From: Coraliomargarita sp.
Lineage (GTDB): Bacteria; Verrucomicrobiota; Verrucomicrobiia; Opitutales; Coraliomargaritaceae
NCBI GenBank assembly: GCA_965216325.1
Contig: OZ244160.1
Span: 1,120,001 to 1,184,000 of the forward strand
Direction: 5' to 3'
Length of the DNA stretch: 64,000 nt
Position numbers and translations under genes: made by a program
Notes under the pieces: model-generated
The model's database searches: none
Seen by the model: only the letters and a program-made list of their open reading frames with translations
What the model was told of the DNA's origin: nothing
Shown: piece by piece, positions 40,677 through 53,500 of the stretch
How positions within the stretch are numbered: position 1 is the stretch's first letter
How the letters are laid out: each line of letters starts with the position of its first letter

Positions 40677-41237
40677 GGCTATCGCGCCCCCCGGTGGGAC
40701 CACAGGGCGAATATCACCATCGAAGATTCGTTTGTAGATTTTGTTTTCTGGTGCCGGCATCTTGCTGATCTTGAAGTCCTGATCCTTAACATAGTAGGGG
40801 CCGTAGCGATAACATGCAGCCAACAGTGGGTAGCTAAATTCATCGTAGCGGTGTAGGTAATCACGGCAAAAATCCATATAGTCGATTGCAACACGAATAT
40901 TGGTGCGCCAATCCCAAGCATGCTTATAGGACTCATCAGTGACCTCTCTCCATGCCGCTTCGGTTACCTGCATCATGCCGCGGGCAACAGCACTGCGAGC
41001 CTTTGCATTTAAGCTACTCTCAGCCCATGCAACTGCATACACGAACTCAGGGTCTAGGCCTTTCGCAGGGGCCAAGGTAGATATATGCATCCAAACTTCT
41101 TCCTCGGAAATCCTGAGAGGAAGCGGATTATAGTAAATAGACATCCATACTGCCAATACGCCGGCCAAAGCCCCTAAACCGAGAGCGATACGTAGCATTC
41201 GACGCTCGTCGCGGTGATAGCGGTGGTCAATGGACAT
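40671..41237 (-). CDS. Membrane-anchored lytic transglycosylase (SLT domain)
   Basis: N-terminal TM helix; AVAWAESS (catalytic Glu), ARGMMQV, ACYRYGP. Confidence 0.85.
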   Translation of the reverse strand: MSIDHRYHRDERRMLRIALGLGALAGVLAVWMSIYYNPLPLRISEEEVWMHISTLAPAKGLDPEFVYAVAWAESSLNAKARSAVARGMMQVTEAAWREVTDESYKHAWDWRTNIRVAIDYMDFCRDYLHRYDEFSYPLLAACYRYGPYYVKDQDFKISKMPAPENKIYKRIFDGDIRPVVPPGGAIAK

Positions 41238-41348
41238 GCGCAAACGATAGGAGAACTAACGAGTATGACAAATAAAACATGCAGTTCGCAGCAACCAGGG
41301 CAAAAGAGTCTTTTCAACGACCAGGCCACTCCTTATCCACTCAGGTCT

Positions 41349-42392
41349 ATGCGTATCACAAGCAAACCATTCGGCAGTATTCCTTCAGGGCAAAGCGCGA
41401 CTCTATATACCCTAACCAACACAAATGGCTTAACTGCCGAGATCACTAATTATGGCGGTATCATTGTTTCCTTGAACGCTCCCGACCGTAAGGGGGTGTT
41501 TGCTGATGTTTTGCTAGGAAAAGATACCTTGCAGGGATACCTGGACGGACACCCACATTTTGCCTGTATCACAGGACGAGTCGCTGGTCGTATCGGCGGT
41601 GCCAGCTTTGAACTTGATGGCGAAACCTACAATCTGGAAGCAAACAATGGCCCGAATGCACTGCATGGGGGCTCTAAGGGGTTCCATCAAATTCTGTGGG
41701 ACGCGGAGATTGTTGAAGTGACTGGTATCCAGAAGCTGAAACTCACCACAGTTGATCCTGACGGCAGTAATGGATTTCCCGGGGCGATTGCGTGTCAGGT
41801 AACCTACGCATTACTTGAGGATAATTCGCTCGAAATCACCTACACGGCCAGCACTGATAAAACGACGCCATTCAACATCACTAACCACGCCTACTTTAAC
41901 CTGAATGGCGAAGGTAACGGCGACGTATTGAATCACTCTGTCCAGATTCTCTCGGATGCAATTGCTGCTGTGGATGAAAGCTCAACACTAATCGGAGTTC
42001 GTGAGCCTGTGGTCGCCGGCTTCAACGATTATCGCCAGCCAGTCCAACTGGGGTCACTCGATGAATTGGTCGTTTCCAATGCGGACATTCATTACTTCCT
42101 GGAGAATGGTCGCACGGCAGAGCCTCGCCTTGCCGCAACCATCAAAGCACCACAATCCGGGCGCGTCATGGAAGTCATCACAACCGAGCCTGGAGTGCAG
42201 TTCTATGCGGGCCTCTGTTTAGGAGGTGAGTCCGGCAAGCACGGTCATCGCTACGCAGACAAGGACGGCCTCTGCTTCGAAACCCAGGATTACGCGGATA
42301 GCATCCACTTCCCCGAGATGGGCGGCGCTATTTTAAAGCCCGGTGAGGCATTCACATCGACTACAATGTATCGCTTCAGCACCGAAGCATAG
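41349..42392 (+). CDS. galM: Aldose 1-epimerase (mutarotase)
   Basis: [39 protein letters not shown] at 41349 preferred. Confidence 0.92.
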   Translation: MRITSKPFGSIPSGQSATLYTLTNTNGLTAEITNYGGIIVSLNAPDRKGVFADVLLGKDTLQGYLDGHPHFACITGRVAGRIGGASFELDGETYNLEANNGPNALHGGSKGFHQILWDAEIVEVTGIQKLKLTTVDPDGSNGFPGAIACQVTYALLEDNSLEITYTASTDKTTPFNITNHAYFNLNGEGNGDVLNHSVQILSDAIAAVDESSTLIGVREPVVAGFNDYRQPVQLGSLDELVVSNADIHYFLENGRTAEPRLAATIKAPQSGRVMEVITTEPGVQFYAGLCLGGESGKHGHRYADKDGLCFETQDYADSIHFPEMGGAILKPGEAFTSTTMYRFSTEA

Positions 42393-42410
42393 CTCAAGCA
42401 GAAAACAACA

Positions 42411-44318
42411 GTGGCCCTACTTAGCTACAGAAACCTTGCGATCGCCTTTAGTGGACCGCGTCTGCTGGACGATGCCGCACTCACGATTGAAAAGCGTGAC
42501 CGCATCTGCCTGATCGGACGCAATGGCGAAGGTAAATCCACCCTGCTCCGTATCCTGAGTGGCGAACAAGCACCAGTTAAGGGACAGATCGAGGCCATTC
42601 CAGACCTACGCGTTGCTAAGCTGGATCAAGAGGTGCCCGACCATCTGGAAGGCACCGTCTTTGACATTGTTGCCGCAGGCTTGGGGAAGTCCGCAGCGGT
42701 CGTTGCAGAGTATCACCGTATTGCGCATGACTATGCAGAGAAGCCCGAGGACACAACGCTGGCTGCGCAGTTGGATGAGCTACAGGCGCAAATTGATCGC
42801 GAAGATTCCTGGGCATTAGAGAACCGAGTCGAAACCATCATTGATCGCGTTGAACTCGATGCTGACAGGGCCTTTAGCGCACTATCCGGGGGGAACAAGC
42901 GTCGCGCCCTACTCGCACGTGCGCTCGTTACCGATCCGCACATCCTCTTGCTGGATGAGCCGACCAACCACTTGGACATCCCTGGAATCCAGTGGCTGGA
43001 GGAATTCCTACGTAAGACAGACATCGCCCTGCTCTTTGTTTCGCACGACCGCGCCTTCATACGCAGTGTCGCAAACCGGATTCTCGACCTCGATCGTGGC
43101 ACCTTGACCAAGTTCAACTGCGACTACGAAACCTACTTGAAGCGCAAGTCCGATTTACTCGATGCGCAGGCCAATCAAGAGGCCGTCTTTGATAAGAAAC
43201 TCGCCGAAGAAGAAGTTTGGATTCGCAAGGGAATCCAGGCCCGCCGCACCCGCAATGAGGGGCGCGTCCGTGCGCTCTTCAAAATGCGCGAAGAACGCGC
43301 GCAGCGTCGCAACATCATTGGCACGTCCAATCTGCAGCTTAACGAGGCGCAGATCTCCGGGCGCAAGGTGATCGACGTCGATTCAATCAATTACCGATGG
43401 GATGCAAAGCCGCTCATTGACGACTTTAGTACCACCATCTGGCGCGGCGACAAAATAGGCATTGTGGGGCTGAACGGCTCAGGCAAAACCACTCTCCTCA
43501 ATCTGCTCCTCAAGAAGCTCGAGCCGAATTCCGGGAGCATCAGTCACGGCACCAAGCTGGAAGTCGCCTACTTTGACCAGCACCGCGCACAGCTGGACGA
43601 GTCACTCTCCGTCATGGAGAACGTCAGCCCCTATAGTGATACCGTTAAGATCAACGGCCACAACCGTCACATTCTAACTTACCTGCAGGACTTCCTCTTC
43701 ACGCCGCACGCGGCCCGCTCGCCAATCACGAAGCTTTCCGGAGGTGAACGCGCTCGACTCCTGCTCGCACGCCTCTTCCTCCAGCCAGCGAACGTGCTCG
43801 TGCTCGACGAACCCACCAATGATCTCGACATTGAAACCGTTGAACTACTTGAAGAGCGCCTATTGGAATTTGACGGCACACTGCTCATCGTTTCGCACGA
43901 TCGCAGCTTCCTCAATAACGTCGTAACGAGCACCATCGCACTCGAGGGCAACGGGCAGGTCCGTGAATACGTGGGAGGCTGTGACGAATGGCTCGAACAG
44001 CACGAATCATCGAAGGCAAAACCTGCGGCGAAATCTGCTGCCAAAGTAGAGCCTGTTTCGGCCGCCCCATCGCAGAGTCAAACCAAGCCACGCAAGCTCA
44101 GTAATAAGGAACGCGAAGCACTCAAAACACTTCCCGGAAAAATCGAGCAACTGGAAAAAGCACACGCCGAACTCAGTGCGAAAATGGCAACGGCTGAGTA
44201 TTATCAGGACGCTGCAAATGATCCCGCAAAAGACGCACAAGCGCTGGAGCAACTCGAGGCTGAAACCCTCGAAGCCTACGAACGGTGGGAGGCAATTGAG
44301 GCGCTGGCTAACGGATAA
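42411..44318 (+). CDS. uup: ABC-F family ATPase Uup
   Basis: Two ABC domains ([24 protein letters not shown] twice), linker [24 protein letters not shown]-terminal coiled coil. Confidence 0.9.
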   Translation: MALLSYRNLAIAFSGPRLLDDAALTIEKRDRICLIGRNGEGKSTLLRILSGEQAPVKGQIEAIPDLRVAKLDQEVPDHLEGTVFDIVAAGLGKSAAVVAEYHRIAHDYAEKPEDTTLAAQLDELQAQIDREDSWALENRVETIIDRVELDADRAFSALSGGNKRRALLARALVTDPHILLLDEPTNHLDIPGIQWLEEFLRKTDIALLFVSHDRAFIRSVANRILDLDRGTLTKFNCDYETYLKRKSDLLDAQANQEAVFDKKLAEEEVWIRKGIQARRTRNEGRVRALFKMREERAQRRNIIGTSNLQLNEAQISGRKVIDVDSINYRWDAKPLIDDFSTTIWRGDKIGIVGLNGSGKTTLLNLLLKKLEPNSGSISHGTKLEVAYFDQHRAQLDESLSVMENVSPYSDTVKINGHNRHILTYLQDFLFTPHAARSPITKLSGGERARLLLARLFLQPANVLVLDEPTNDLDIETVELLEERLLEFDGTLLIVSHDRSFLNNVVTSTIALEGNGQVREYVGGCDEWLEQHESSKAKPAAKSAAKVEPVSAAPSQSQTKPRKLSNKEREALKTLPGKIEQLEKAHAELSAKMATAEYYQDAANDPAKDAQALEQLEAETLEAYERWEAIEALANG

Positions 44319-44463
44319 AACAAGCTAAAGATTGGTCGTTTTCGTTTGCTTAATTGGGCAGGACGGACTATAAGTTATGCATCCCGCGAAGGGAACGGCG
44401 CGTGCGCCCTTGAACTGGTCGGGAGTTGTATAACCAAGTGTCCACCCCAGCTCGATTACAGTC

Positions 44464-45168
44464 ATGACCACTCCAAACCTACTTCACGAATGCAAGTCGT
44501 ATATCGCACTGAACCTTGCACCTCGAGACGTTGATCCCAGCGCCTACACCCGACAAGCCCCTGCAATTACCATATCACGTCAGACCGGTGCACGCGGCAT
44601 CGCGATCTGTGAAAAATTACACTCCAAACTGCAGGAGCGCTCCAAGAAAGACTCCCTGCCATGGACCCTTTACGACAGTCAGTTGGGCAAGAAAATTCTG
44701 AAGGATCACAACTTGCCGGAGCGCTTATTGAAATTTATTCCCGATGACTCCGTCGGCGAACTGGAAGCCACCATCAACGAGCTCCTCGGACGTCACCCCT
44801 CACTCTGGACACTCTTTGAGGATACCGTGGAAACCATTCAACGCCTCGCGAACACCGGACACAGCATCATCGTGGGCCGTGGCGGCAACCGCATCACCAA
44901 GGATCTCAACAATGTACTCAACATTCGCCTGATTGGCTCGCGTGACGTACGCCTCAAGTATGTGATCGAATACATGGAAGTCTCCACCAAGCTCGCTGAG
45001 GACTTACTTAAACGTGAAGACAGCGCGCGCCGAAATTTCGTCAAGCAGCACTTCCACTGCGATATCGATGATCCATACCTCTACGATCTCGTGATCAACA
45101 CAGATCAGCTGAGCAATCAAGGGGTGACCGACATCATCATCAACGCCCTGGACAGCCTGAAGCCTTAG
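44464..45168 (+). CDS. Cytidylate kinase-like family protein
   Basis: ITISRQTGARG, IIVGRGG, YDLVINT. Confidence 0.8.
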   Translation: MTTPNLLHECKSYIALNLAPRDVDPSAYTRQAPAITISRQTGARGIAICEKLHSKLQERSKKDSLPWTLYDSQLGKKILKDHNLPERLLKFIPDDSVGELEATINELLGRHPSLWTLFEDTVETIQRLANTGHSIIVGRGGNRITKDLNNVLNIRLIGSRDVRLKYVIEYMEVSTKLAEDLLKREDSARRNFVKQHFHCDIDDPYLYDLVINTDQLSNQGVTDIIINALDSLKP

Positions 45169-45288
45169 TTTCAGAGTTTGAATGTCCAAAAGTTGGAGAG
45201 CGCGAAAGTCACCAGGCAACTTTCACGCACAACTTCACCTTTAACCTTCCCACCTGTACACCTTCCCACTTTCATGGATTTTGAATCC

Positions 45289-46542
45289 ATGAAGAACATT
45301 GCCATCATCGGTGGGGGCGCCGCCGGATATTTTACAGCACTGACCATTGCTGAAGCGGATCCATCTGCACGTATTACGATTTATGAGCGTAGCCAAAAGA
45401 CGCTGAGTAAGGTAAAAATATCCGGTGGAGGACGCTGCAATGTTACCCACAGCTGTTTCGAACCGGCCAAGCTTGCGACGCACTATCCCCGTGGCGCACG
45501 TGAGCTCCGTGCCGCCTTCCACCGCTGGCAGCCTAAAGATACCATCGCATGGTTTGCTGAGCGCGGAGTCACCATAAAGCGCGAAGGCGATGGACGCATG
45601 TTCCCCGACACGGATGACTCCCAAACGATCATCGACTGCTTTCAAGACTGCGCTCGTCGCGCCGGCATTCAACTTCGCAAGGGAGTCGGCCTCAAAGATC
45701 TCAAGCCACAGGCTTCAGGCTTCAGCCTTCATCTCACCGACGATACGATCGTATCGGCCGATAAAGTGTGCATCGCAGTTGGTTCCCTAAAAGCATCACC
45801 ACTGACACGTTCGATTGAGTCGCTTGGCCACACAATTGAGCCTCTGGTGCCATCGCTCTTCGCGTTCAACCTGTCCGACAAGCGACTTTCTGGCCTGTCC
45901 GGCCTCTCGGTTCAAAAGGCCACTGTTACCGTCGCAGGGGCTTCGCTTGCGGAGCCCGCTTCGTTTAAGAAATCCAAGCCCCAGTCCGGCCCGCTACTCA
46001 TAACACATCGCGGCTTAAGTGGGCCAGCTATCCTGAGGACATCCGCATGGGAAGCGCGGCAGTTGAATGAGCTTAATTATCATTTCGACATTTCGATCAA
46101 CTGGCTGAATGACGTATCCGAGAATCAACTACGCGATCAGTTCGCGCAGCTGCGAAAGAGTGCTGCCAGGAAATCTGTAAAGAACACCCCACTCGATGCA
46201 CTCCCACGTCGCCTATGGGAGCGACTCGTGAGTATCTCCGGCACCAGCGACGAAACAATTTGGACACAGCTGCCCAAAAAAGCTGAGAACAAGTTGATCC
46301 AAGAATGTGTCGCCGGACGCTACAGTGTCGAAGGCAAGACCACGAATAAAGACGAGTTCGTAACCGCAGGTGGCGTAAGGCTCAAGGAGCTCGACTTTCG
46401 CACAATGGAAAGTAAGATAGTTCCTAGACTCCATTTTGCAGGTGAATGCATCGATATCGACGGTATTACCGGGGGCTTCAACTTCCAAGCTGCTTGGACC
46501 ACGGGGCGCATTGCTGGTCTTGCAATGTGCAAGTCAGCCTAA
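45289..46542 (+). CDS. HI0933/BaiN-family NAD(P)/FAD-dependent oxidoreductase
   Basis: IIGGGAAG, KVKISGGGRCNVT, THRGLSGPA, VTAGGV, DGITGGFNFQAAW; start at 45274 or 45289. Confidence 0.9.
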   Translation: MKNIAIIGGGAAGYFTALTIAEADPSARITIYERSQKTLSKVKISGGGRCNVTHSCFEPAKLATHYPRGARELRAAFHRWQPKDTIAWFAERGVTIKREGDGRMFPDTDDSQTIIDCFQDCARRAGIQLRKGVGLKDLKPQASGFSLHLTDDTIVSADKVCIAVGSLKASPLTRSIESLGHTIEPLVPSLFAFNLSDKRLSGLSGLSVQKATVTVAGASLAEPASFKKSKPQSGPLLITHRGLSGPAILRTSAWEARQLNELNYHFDISINWLNDVSENQLRDQFAQLRKSAARKSVKNTPLDALPRRLWERLVSISGTSDETIWTQLPKKAENKLIQECVAGRYSVEGKTTNKDEFVTAGGVRLKELDFRTMESKIVPRLHFAGECIDIDGITGGFNFQAAWTTGRIAGLAMCKSA

Positions 46543-46639
46543 GGCACTCAATTTGCAGACTACTAGTGTTCTGTGCCGTTTGATATTTTGTCAGTCGTCA
46601 TCAAACTGATGAATAGCCATCCTTCAATCGACCCCATTG

Positions 46640-48157
46640 ATGCCTCAAGATAACTACATACTCGCATTGGATCAGGGCACGACCAGCTGCCGATCGATCG
46701 TATTCGACCAACATGGTAATGATGTTGCCAGCGCCCAGAAAGACTTCCCTCAAATATATCCCAAGCCCGGCTGGGTGGAACACGACCCTATGGTCATTTG
46801 GTCGAGCCAGAGTTCCACCGCCACCGAAGCGATCGCTAAAGCAAACCTGACTCGAACTTCGATTGCCGCTGTCGGCCTGACCAATCAACGTGAAACAACG
46901 ATCGTGTGGGATCGGAAAAGCGGACTGCCCATTTACAATGCAATTGTTTGGCAGGACCGTCGCACCGCTGACTACTGCCGACAACTCAAAGCCGATGGTC
47001 TCGAACAGGTCGTGAATCAAAAGACCGGACTGCGGCTAGACCCCTACTTTTCAGCCACGAAACTCCGTTGGATTTTAAAGAACGTCCCAGGCGCAGAGAA
47101 GAAGGCGAAGGCCGGGCAGTTGTGCTTTGGCACGGTCGATAGTTGGTTGATCTGGCAGCTCACTGGTCACGAAGTGCATGCCACTGATGTGAGCAATGCA
47201 AGCCGCACACTGCTCTACAATATCGTAGAGGATCGTTGGGACAATGAGCTACTCGAACTCTTCGAAATCCCTCGAAGCATGCTGCCGGAGATACGCTCGA
47301 ATTCTGAAGTCTACGGAAACGTGGCGGATAATTTATATCCTGGGGGTGCACCGATTGCAGGTGTGGCCGGCGACCAACATGCGGCCTTGTTTGGGCAAGC
47401 CTGCTTTGAGCCTGGTATGGCCAAGAATACCTATGGCACCGGATGCTTTCTCCTGATGAACATGGGCGACAAAGTCGTTCGTTCCCGCAATAATCTCTTG
47501 AGCACGGTCGCATGGCGTATTGGCGGCAAAACTCACTATGCACTGGAAGGCTCTGTCTTTGTCGGCGGAGCGGTCGTGCAATGGATTCGGGATGAACTTG
47601 AACTCGTGCGCAGTGCCGAAGAGTTGAGTGCACTAGCCGCGAGTGTTCCGGATGCAAACGGTTTGTTCCTCGTTCCTGCGTTTGCGGGGCTAGGCGCCCC
47701 GCATTGGGACCCCTACGCCCGTGGCACTGCCGTTGGCATCACCCGTGGCACCAATCGGGCCCACTTCTGCCGAGCAGCGATTGAATCAATTGCATTTCAA
47801 TCGGCAGAGCTGATCGAAGCGATGGAAAAAGACAGCGGTCTAGCACTGACCGAGCTACATGTCGATGGAGGCGCAAGCAACAGCGACCCGCTCCTGCAAT
47901 TTCAAGCGGATCTGTTGCAATCGAAAGTTAATCGGCCGCAGTGTGTCGAGACGACTGCGCTTGGCGCAGCCTACCTAGCCGGACTTGCGGTGGGTTTTTG
48001 GGACGATCTCGAAGCGATTAAACAGATCCGCGAAACGCAACAGGTCTTTGAGCCAGAGCGCAGTAGTGTAGACATGGATCGCTTGCGCGAATCTTGGAGC
48101 AAAGCAGTCGAACGATCGAAAGCGTGGGAGGAGCCACAGAGCAAAGCGGAATTATGA
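46640..48157 (+). CDS. glpK: Glycerol kinase
   Basis: [44 protein letters not shown]. Confidence 0.96.
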   Translation: MPQDNYILALDQGTTSCRSIVFDQHGNDVASAQKDFPQIYPKPGWVEHDPMVIWSSQSSTATEAIAKANLTRTSIAAVGLTNQRETTIVWDRKSGLPIYNAIVWQDRRTADYCRQLKADGLEQVVNQKTGLRLDPYFSATKLRWILKNVPGAEKKAKAGQLCFGTVDSWLIWQLTGHEVHATDVSNASRTLLYNIVEDRWDNELLELFEIPRSMLPEIRSNSEVYGNVADNLYPGGAPIAGVAGDQHAALFGQACFEPGMAKNTYGTGCFLLMNMGDKVVRSRNNLLSTVAWRIGGKTHYALEGSVFVGGAVVQWIRDELELVRSAEELSALAASVPDANGLFLVPAFAGLGAPHWDPYARGTAVGITRGTNRAHFCRAAIESIAFQSAELIEAMEKDSGLALTELHVDGGASNSDPLLQFQADLLQSKVNRPQCVETTALGAAYLAGLAVGFWDDLEAIKQIRETQQVFEPERSSVDMDRLRESWSKAVERSKAWEEPQSKAEL

Positions 48158-49734
48158 AACGCTCTAAATCGCTTGATCGAACCAAGTCTACAAAACAGCC
48201 ATTTGATATCGTAGTCATTGGCGGTGGAGCGTCGGGACTTGGCGCAGCACTTGATGCTGCTGCACGTGGTCACCGCGTGGCCCTCTTTGAGCAATCCGAC
48301 TTTGCTAAAGGCACCTCCAGTCGCTCCACAAAGTTGGTGCATGGAGGTGTGCGCTATCTGCAGCAAGGCAATGTCTCACTGGTGCTCGAAGCACTACGTG
48401 AACGTGGTCGTCTAGCGCGCAATGCCCCGCACTTGGTTCGATCGCAGGCCTTTGTCATCCCCAACTATTCATGGTGGGAAGGTCCGTTCTACGGCATCGG
48501 CATGAAAGTTTATGACCAACTCGCAGGCAAGCTGGGCTTGGCGCCATCGCGCCACCTAAACAAAGCGCAGACGATCCAGCAGATCCCCACCGTTGAGCAG
48601 GAAAACCTCGTTGGCGGGGTCATCTATCATGATGGCCAGTTCGACGATTCGCGACTGGCCATCAATCTCGCGCAGACCGCTGACGAGTTGGGCGCTGCGA
48701 TGCTCAACTACTGCCGTTGTGTCGGGCTCGAGAAAAACAATGGCATGGTGTCTGGTGTGCGCATTCACGATATCGAGAGCGACGGCGAGTTTACCGTAAA
48801 CGCAGAGTGTGTGATCAATGCAACGGGTGTCTTTGTGGATGAACTCCGATCTATGGATGAATCCGAATCAAAGCCAATCGTCACTGTGAGTCAGGGGATT
48901 CACCTTGTGCTGCCGAAGAAGTTTCTGCCCGGCGATTCGGCAATTATGGTGCCCAAGACAGAGGACGGTCGTGTGCTCTTTGCGGTGCCCTGGCATGACT
49001 GCGTCGTCGTCGGCACAACGGACACCCAACTCGATTCACACAGCCTTGAGCCGCGAGCCTTACAGGAAGAACGCGACTTCGTGATGACGCATGCGCGCAA
49101 GTATCTAACGAAGGACCCAAGCGACGACGATGTGCTGAGTGTTTTCGCGGGCCTCCGCCCTCTGGTTAAAGCCGGTGATGGGGCCGATACCGCCGCGCTC
49201 TCGAGGGATCACAGTATACTAATCAGCAACAGTGGCTTAATCACACTGACTGGTGGTAAATGGACCACGTATCGCAAGATGGCTGAAGATGTGATCGACC
49301 AAGCGGAGACGGTTGGTGACCTGTTGCATAAGCGCTGCTCAACTGAAGAGATGCAGATTCACGGTTGGACAGAAGCCGAGCCGCCAAGCACGAATCTGGC
49401 ACCTTATGGTGCCAACGCAACACAGATCCAAGAACTAATCAAAGAGTCACTCGACCTAGCCGCGCTCGTTCATCCACAGCTACCCTATCAACAGGCTGAA
49501 GTCGTCTGGCATGTACGCGAAGAGATGGCACGCACGGTAGAAGACGTGCTTGCGCGGCGCACACGTGCCCTGCTTCTCAATGCGCAAGGTTCAATCGAGG
49601 CTGCACCTGCAGTGGCTACAATACTAGCCCGTGAGCTGGGCCGCGATGATGCATGGCAAGCCGAACAAGTCGCCGAGTATACAAAGTTGGCCGAAGGCTA
49701 CGTCTACAACAACCCCGCCAGCACCGCTGCTTAA
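48154..49734 (+). CDS. glpD: FAD-dependent glycerol-3-phosphate dehydrogenase
   Basis: [39 protein letters not shown] at 48154 overlaps the glpK stop. Confidence 0.95.
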   Translation: MKRSKSLDRTKSTKQPFDIVVIGGGASGLGAALDAAARGHRVALFEQSDFAKGTSSRSTKLVHGGVRYLQQGNVSLVLEALRERGRLARNAPHLVRSQAFVIPNYSWWEGPFYGIGMKVYDQLAGKLGLAPSRHLNKAQTIQQIPTVEQENLVGGVIYHDGQFDDSRLAINLAQTADELGAAMLNYCRCVGLEKNNGMVSGVRIHDIESDGEFTVNAECVINATGVFVDELRSMDESESKPIVTVSQGIHLVLPKKFLPGDSAIMVPKTEDGRVLFAVPWHDCVVVGTTDTQLDSHSLEPRALQEERDFVMTHARKYLTKDPSDDDVLSVFAGLRPLVKAGDGADTAALSRDHSILISNSGLITLTGGKWTTYRKMAEDVIDQAETVGDLLHKRCSTEEMQIHGWTEAEPPSTNLAPYGANATQIQELIKESLDLAALVHPQLPYQQAEVVWHVREEMARTVEDVLARRTRALLLNAQGSIEAAPAVATILARELGRDDAWQAEQVAEYTKLAEGYVYNNPASTAA

Positions 49735-51128
49735 CGCGCAGTTCGGGTGCGGTTCCGGCGCTGTGGACGTTTGCGGGCACTGGATGCTTGGTTGGAATTC
49801 TGCGATTTGGCATTCCCAGCTGGCTTGTTGCCACTGGGCTTGCCGCCACCAGAGCGACGACCGCGCCCTTGTGGTCGTGAGCCTCCGCCGCGACGCTGGC
49901 CGCCACCACGATTTCCGCCACCCTGCGCAGGCTTCTTCACTGGTAGCTTGCTGAGGTGTAACTCGTGAGCAGCGCTGTCATGGAAGTCATGGTCCGTATC
50001 GACCGGTATCGACTTCTTGATCAAACGCTCGACTAGACGCAGCAAGGCAACTTCCTCTTCCGAGCAAAAACTGACTGCAAGTCCACTGGCGCCTGCACGC
50101 GCGGTGCGGCCAATACGGTGCACGTAGGCGTCCGGCTCCATCGGCAGGTCAAAATTCACCACCAGTGTGATGTTTTTCACGTCGATACCACGTGCCGCTA
50201 CATCGGTGGCAACCAAGACATCGAGTTCGCCTTTGCGGTATCGCTCTAGTGTTTTCTCACGAGCTGACTGTGACTTGTTGCCGTGGATAGAGTCTGCGCG
50301 AATGCCTTCTTGATTGAGCTTCTTTGCTAAATTTTTGGCACCGTGCTTCGTGCGTGTGAAGATCAAGCTGAGCTCGCGCGTGCCCTCATCCTTACGGTGG
50401 TGCATCATTTCGAGCACTAGCTTTTGCTTGGCCTTTTTGCCTAGGAAACAGACTTTCTGATCCACCTTATCGGCAGTGGTTCCCTGTGGTGCGATACGGA
50501 TCTCGTCAGGATTATGCAGAAGGTCTTTAGCCAGCTTGGTGATCTCAGGTGCCATGGTTGCTGAGAAGAGCAAGGTCTGGCGGCGTTTCGGGAGCTTGGC
50601 CGTGATTTTACGGATGTCGCGAATGAAGCCCATGTCCAGCATGCGGTCGGCTTCATCGAGAATGAAGGTTTCGACCTGGGACAGATCCACATGTCCTTGC
50701 TCCATGAGGTCAATCAAGCGCCCAGGGCAGGCAACCAGCACATCCCAGCCGACATGCAGCTCTTTGATCTGTGGCTTCTCAGATACGCCACCATAGATCA
50801 TGCCGCAACGAAACTGAACATCACGCCCATAGAGTTTGAAGTTCTCGGCGACTTGCACAGCGAGCTCACGAGTTGGAGTTAGAATCAGATGTCGCACGCC
50901 ACGACGGAAGGTCTTGCGCGGCTTCTCGTTGATGCGATTCAGCAATGGCAAGGCGAAGGCAGCGGTTTTACCTGTGCCAGTTTGGGCGCAGGCAAGCAAA
51001 TCGCCGCCCTGAAGCAGGACCGGAATTGCCTTCGCCTGAATCGGAGACGGTTGTGTATAGCCCTTATCTGCGAGGGCACGTTGGATCGGAGCGGACAGCG
51101 GTAGCTGCTCGAAAGTAATTTCGCTCAT
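49731..51128 (-). CDS. rhlE: DEAD-box RNA helicase (RhlE-like)
   Basis: AQTGTGKT, PTRELA, DEADRMLDMGF, SAT, HRIGRTAR; basic Gly/Arg tail. Confidence 0.9.
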   Translation of the reverse strand: MSEITFEQLPLSAPIQRALADKGYTQPSPIQAKAIPVLLQGGDLLACAQTGTGKTAAFALPLLNRINEKPRKTFRRGVRHLILTPTRELAVQVAENFKLYGRDVQFRCGMIYGGVSEKPQIKELHVGWDVLVACPGRLIDLMEQGHVDLSQVETFILDEADRMLDMGFIRDIRKITAKLPKRRQTLLFSATMAPEITKLAKDLLHNPDEIRIAPQGTTADKVDQKVCFLGKKAKQKLVLEMMHHRKDEGTRELSLIFTRTKHGAKNLAKKLNQEGIRADSIHGNKSQSAREKTLERYRKGELDVLVATDVAARGIDVKNITLVVNFDLPMEPDAYVHRIGRTARAGASGLAVSFCSEEEVALLRLVERLIKKSIPVDTDHDFHDSAAHELHLSKLPVKKPAQGGGNRGGGQRRGGGSRPQGRGRRSGGGKPSGNKPAGNAKSQNSNQASSARKRPQRRNRTRTAR

Positions 51129-51380
51129 AGTCTGTATGGCACCATCTGAGTGTCGCGTAACGGGTGCCGCGTTATCGATGATCGTCTAATAATGACTCCT
51201 AAAACAATCGCTCATCGATAACAGACCGCATCAGGTGAGTTGCACTCAGCAACTCGTGAAGCAGCCCTAAACGCCAGTTAAGCGGTCTTGATGCAAGCAT
51301 AATCGGCAGGCGAAAAGTCCGGCAAAATTGAAATAGAACTGAGATTTGCCCCTCTAATCTAAGTAAACCGCGTATCTATT

Positions 51381-51581
51381 ATGGAAGAACAAGCACCCAC
51401 AACCAAACTACCTGCTCACAACGCGACCTGCGATGTCGACGGCTCCTGCACCTCTTTTAGCAGCTGTTCCACTGGGCTTTGCCACGGAACCATTCTGGTC
51501 GCAGCCATCGCCCTAGTCTGGATGGTTGTCGCGATTGGAGCTAAACTGTTTGGCAAGAAAACACCTACTAATGATGGCTAG
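51381..51581 (+). CDS. Small Cys-rich single-pass membrane protein, unknown function
   Basis: 66 aa, ATG start, four Cys (CDVDGSCTSFSSCSTGLC), one TM helix and a KK tail; fills the gap before coaD. Confidence 0.6.
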   Translation: MEEQAPTTKLPAHNATCDVDGSCTSFSSCSTGLCHGTILVAAIALVWMVVAIGAKLFGKKTPTNDG

Positions 51582-51646
51582 CGCACGATTCGGGCCGCTA
51601 AATTAGGTGGACTTCCCCATTCAGTTCGACTGAATGGCTGCCGTTT

Positions 51647-52135
51647 ATGAAAATCGCAATTTATCCGGGTTCCTTCGATCCGATTACCAACGGGCACCTC
51701 GATGTCATCAATCGTGCACGCCGTATCTTTGATAAGGTGGTCATCGCAGTTGCGCGTAATGCTTCTAAGAATGCGCTCTTCTCCCCGGAGGAACGCGTAC
51801 AAATGATTAAGGAGAACCTCGTCAACCGCCCAAACCTGAGCGTCGTTGCCTTTGACGGTCTGATCGTCGATCTCGCGATTGAAATGGAGGCAGTCGCGCT
51901 GATTCGTGGCATGCGTGCGGTATCCGACTTTGAACACGAGTTCCAAATGGCCCAAATGAACCGTCACTTGGACGAGCGTGTAGAAACGATTTTCTTGATG
52001 CCGAATGAGAAGTATTTCTTCACCAGTTCGACTTTGGTGAAACAAGTACACACCTTCACGGATCGTAAAACGGATCTGGTGCCCGAAAACGTATACGAGG
52101 CACTCTGTAAAAAATTCCCGCAAGACAAGAGCTAG
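51647..52135 (+). CDS. coaD: Phosphopantetheine adenylyltransferase
   Basis: [30 protein letters not shown]. Confidence 0.96.
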   Translation: MKIAIYPGSFDPITNGHLDVINRARRIFDKVVIAVARNASKNALFSPEERVQMIKENLVNRPNLSVVAFDGLIVDLAIEMEAVALIRGMRAVSDFEHEFQMAQMNRHLDERVETIFLMPNEKYFFTSSTLVKQVHTFTDRKTDLVPENVYEALCKKFPQDKS

Positions 52136-52141
52136 CCAACC

Positions 52142-53500
52142 ATGCCCCCATCCGCTCCTGAGCCTACCAACACTGATCAGGGACGCCGAACATTGGGAAT
52201 CGTGTTCCTGACACTATTCCTCGATCTCGTCGGGTTCTCCATCATTTTCCCTCTTTTTCCAGCGATGCTGGACTACTATCTGCCCTTCGGTGCAGGTAGT
52301 GACACACTGCTAGGTCAACTCGTCGGCCCATTGCATGACTGGGCCGTGCGCTCCGGTGCCTCGAATCCGGACCTGATGACGGCTGTTTTGTTTGGCGGCA
52401 TTCTCGGTTCGCTCTACTCACTGCTGCAGTTTGTCTGCGCACCGCTTTGGGGTGCTTACTCGGATCGAGTTGGCCGACGTAAGGTACTATTAATCACTAT
52501 CGCTGGCTTGGCACTTAGCTACGTGGCTTGGTTCTTTGCGGCATCCTTCTGGGTGCTGGTGCTGGCACGTGTATTGGGCGGTATCATGGGCGGTAATTTA
52601 TCAGTCGCGACGGCTGCCGTAGCCGATGTCACATCGCGTGAAAAGCGATCCGGCGGCATGGCCATCGTGGGCATTGCCTTTGGACTCGGATTTCTCGTTG
52701 GCCCTGCAATCGGTGGTCTCTGCTCACTGGTCGACCTCACTGAACGGTTCCCCGGTCTGGCACGGATCGGTGTCAATCCGTTCTCATTGCCGGCACTGGT
52801 CAGTCTGCTGCTCGCAGTGTTGAACTTAGTTTGGGTGGCGCGTCGATTCGATGAAACGCTCCCTGAGAAGAAGCGTGGCCAATCCGCAGAGCGCACAGAG
52901 CGCTTGCCGATTTTCCATCTCTTCCAGCACGGGGATACGGCTGTGAAGCGCACCAACCTCACCTACTTGATCTACATGCTCGCCTTTAGCGGCATGGAAT
53001 TCACGCTGACCTTCTTGGCTGTCGAGCGCCTGGGCTTCAGCTCCGCGCAAAACGGTGGCATGTTTGTCTTTATTGGTTTCGTGCTGATTTTGGTGCAGGG
53101 TGGATTTGTGCGTCGCATGGCACCCAAGCTCGGCGAAAAAAAGCTGGCGGTCGCCGGTATGCTTTGTGGCGTGATCGCCTTCCTCATTCTATCCATTGCA
53201 CTCAAGCTCGGCATTTTCTTTACCGCACTTGGCGTGATGGCGCTATCGATTGGATTGGTTTCACCAACCATGAGTGCACTCGTCTCGCTTTACTCAACAG
53301 AATCCGAGCAAGGCGAAGCACTCGGCGTCTTCCGTTCCGCAGGTTCGCTGGCGCGCGCGATCGGCCCCTTGATGGCAGCCTTCGTCTACTTCTCGTATGG
53401 GTCACAAAGCGCCTACATCTTTGGCGCGGCAATCGTGGTATTGCCCTTCCTTCTTTCACTTTCACTTCCGAAAGTAAACGAAGGGAACGTCGAGCATTGA
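52142..53500 (+). CDS. MFS transporter (TetA/DHA1-like)
   Basis: [12 protein letters not shown], motif [20 protein letters not shown]. Confidence 0.88.
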   Translation: MPPSAPEPTNTDQGRRTLGIVFLTLFLDLVGFSIIFPLFPAMLDYYLPFGAGSDTLLGQLVGPLHDWAVRSGASNPDLMTAVLFGGILGSLYSLLQFVCAPLWGAYSDRVGRRKVLLITIAGLALSYVAWFFAASFWVLVLARVLGGIMGGNLSVATAAVADVTSREKRSGGMAIVGIAFGLGFLVGPAIGGLCSLVDLTERFPGLARIGVNPFSLPALVSLLLAVLNLVWVARRFDETLPEKKRGQSAERTERLPIFHLFQHGDTAVKRTNLTYLIYMLAFSGMEFTLTFLAVERLGFSSAQNGGMFVFIGFVLILVQGGFVRRMAPKLGEKKLAVAGMLCGVIAFLILSIALKLGIFFTALGVMALSIGLVSPTMSALVSLYSTESEQGEALGVFRSAGSLARAIGPLMAAFVYFSYGSQSAYIFGAAIVVLPFLLSLSLPKVNEGNVEH

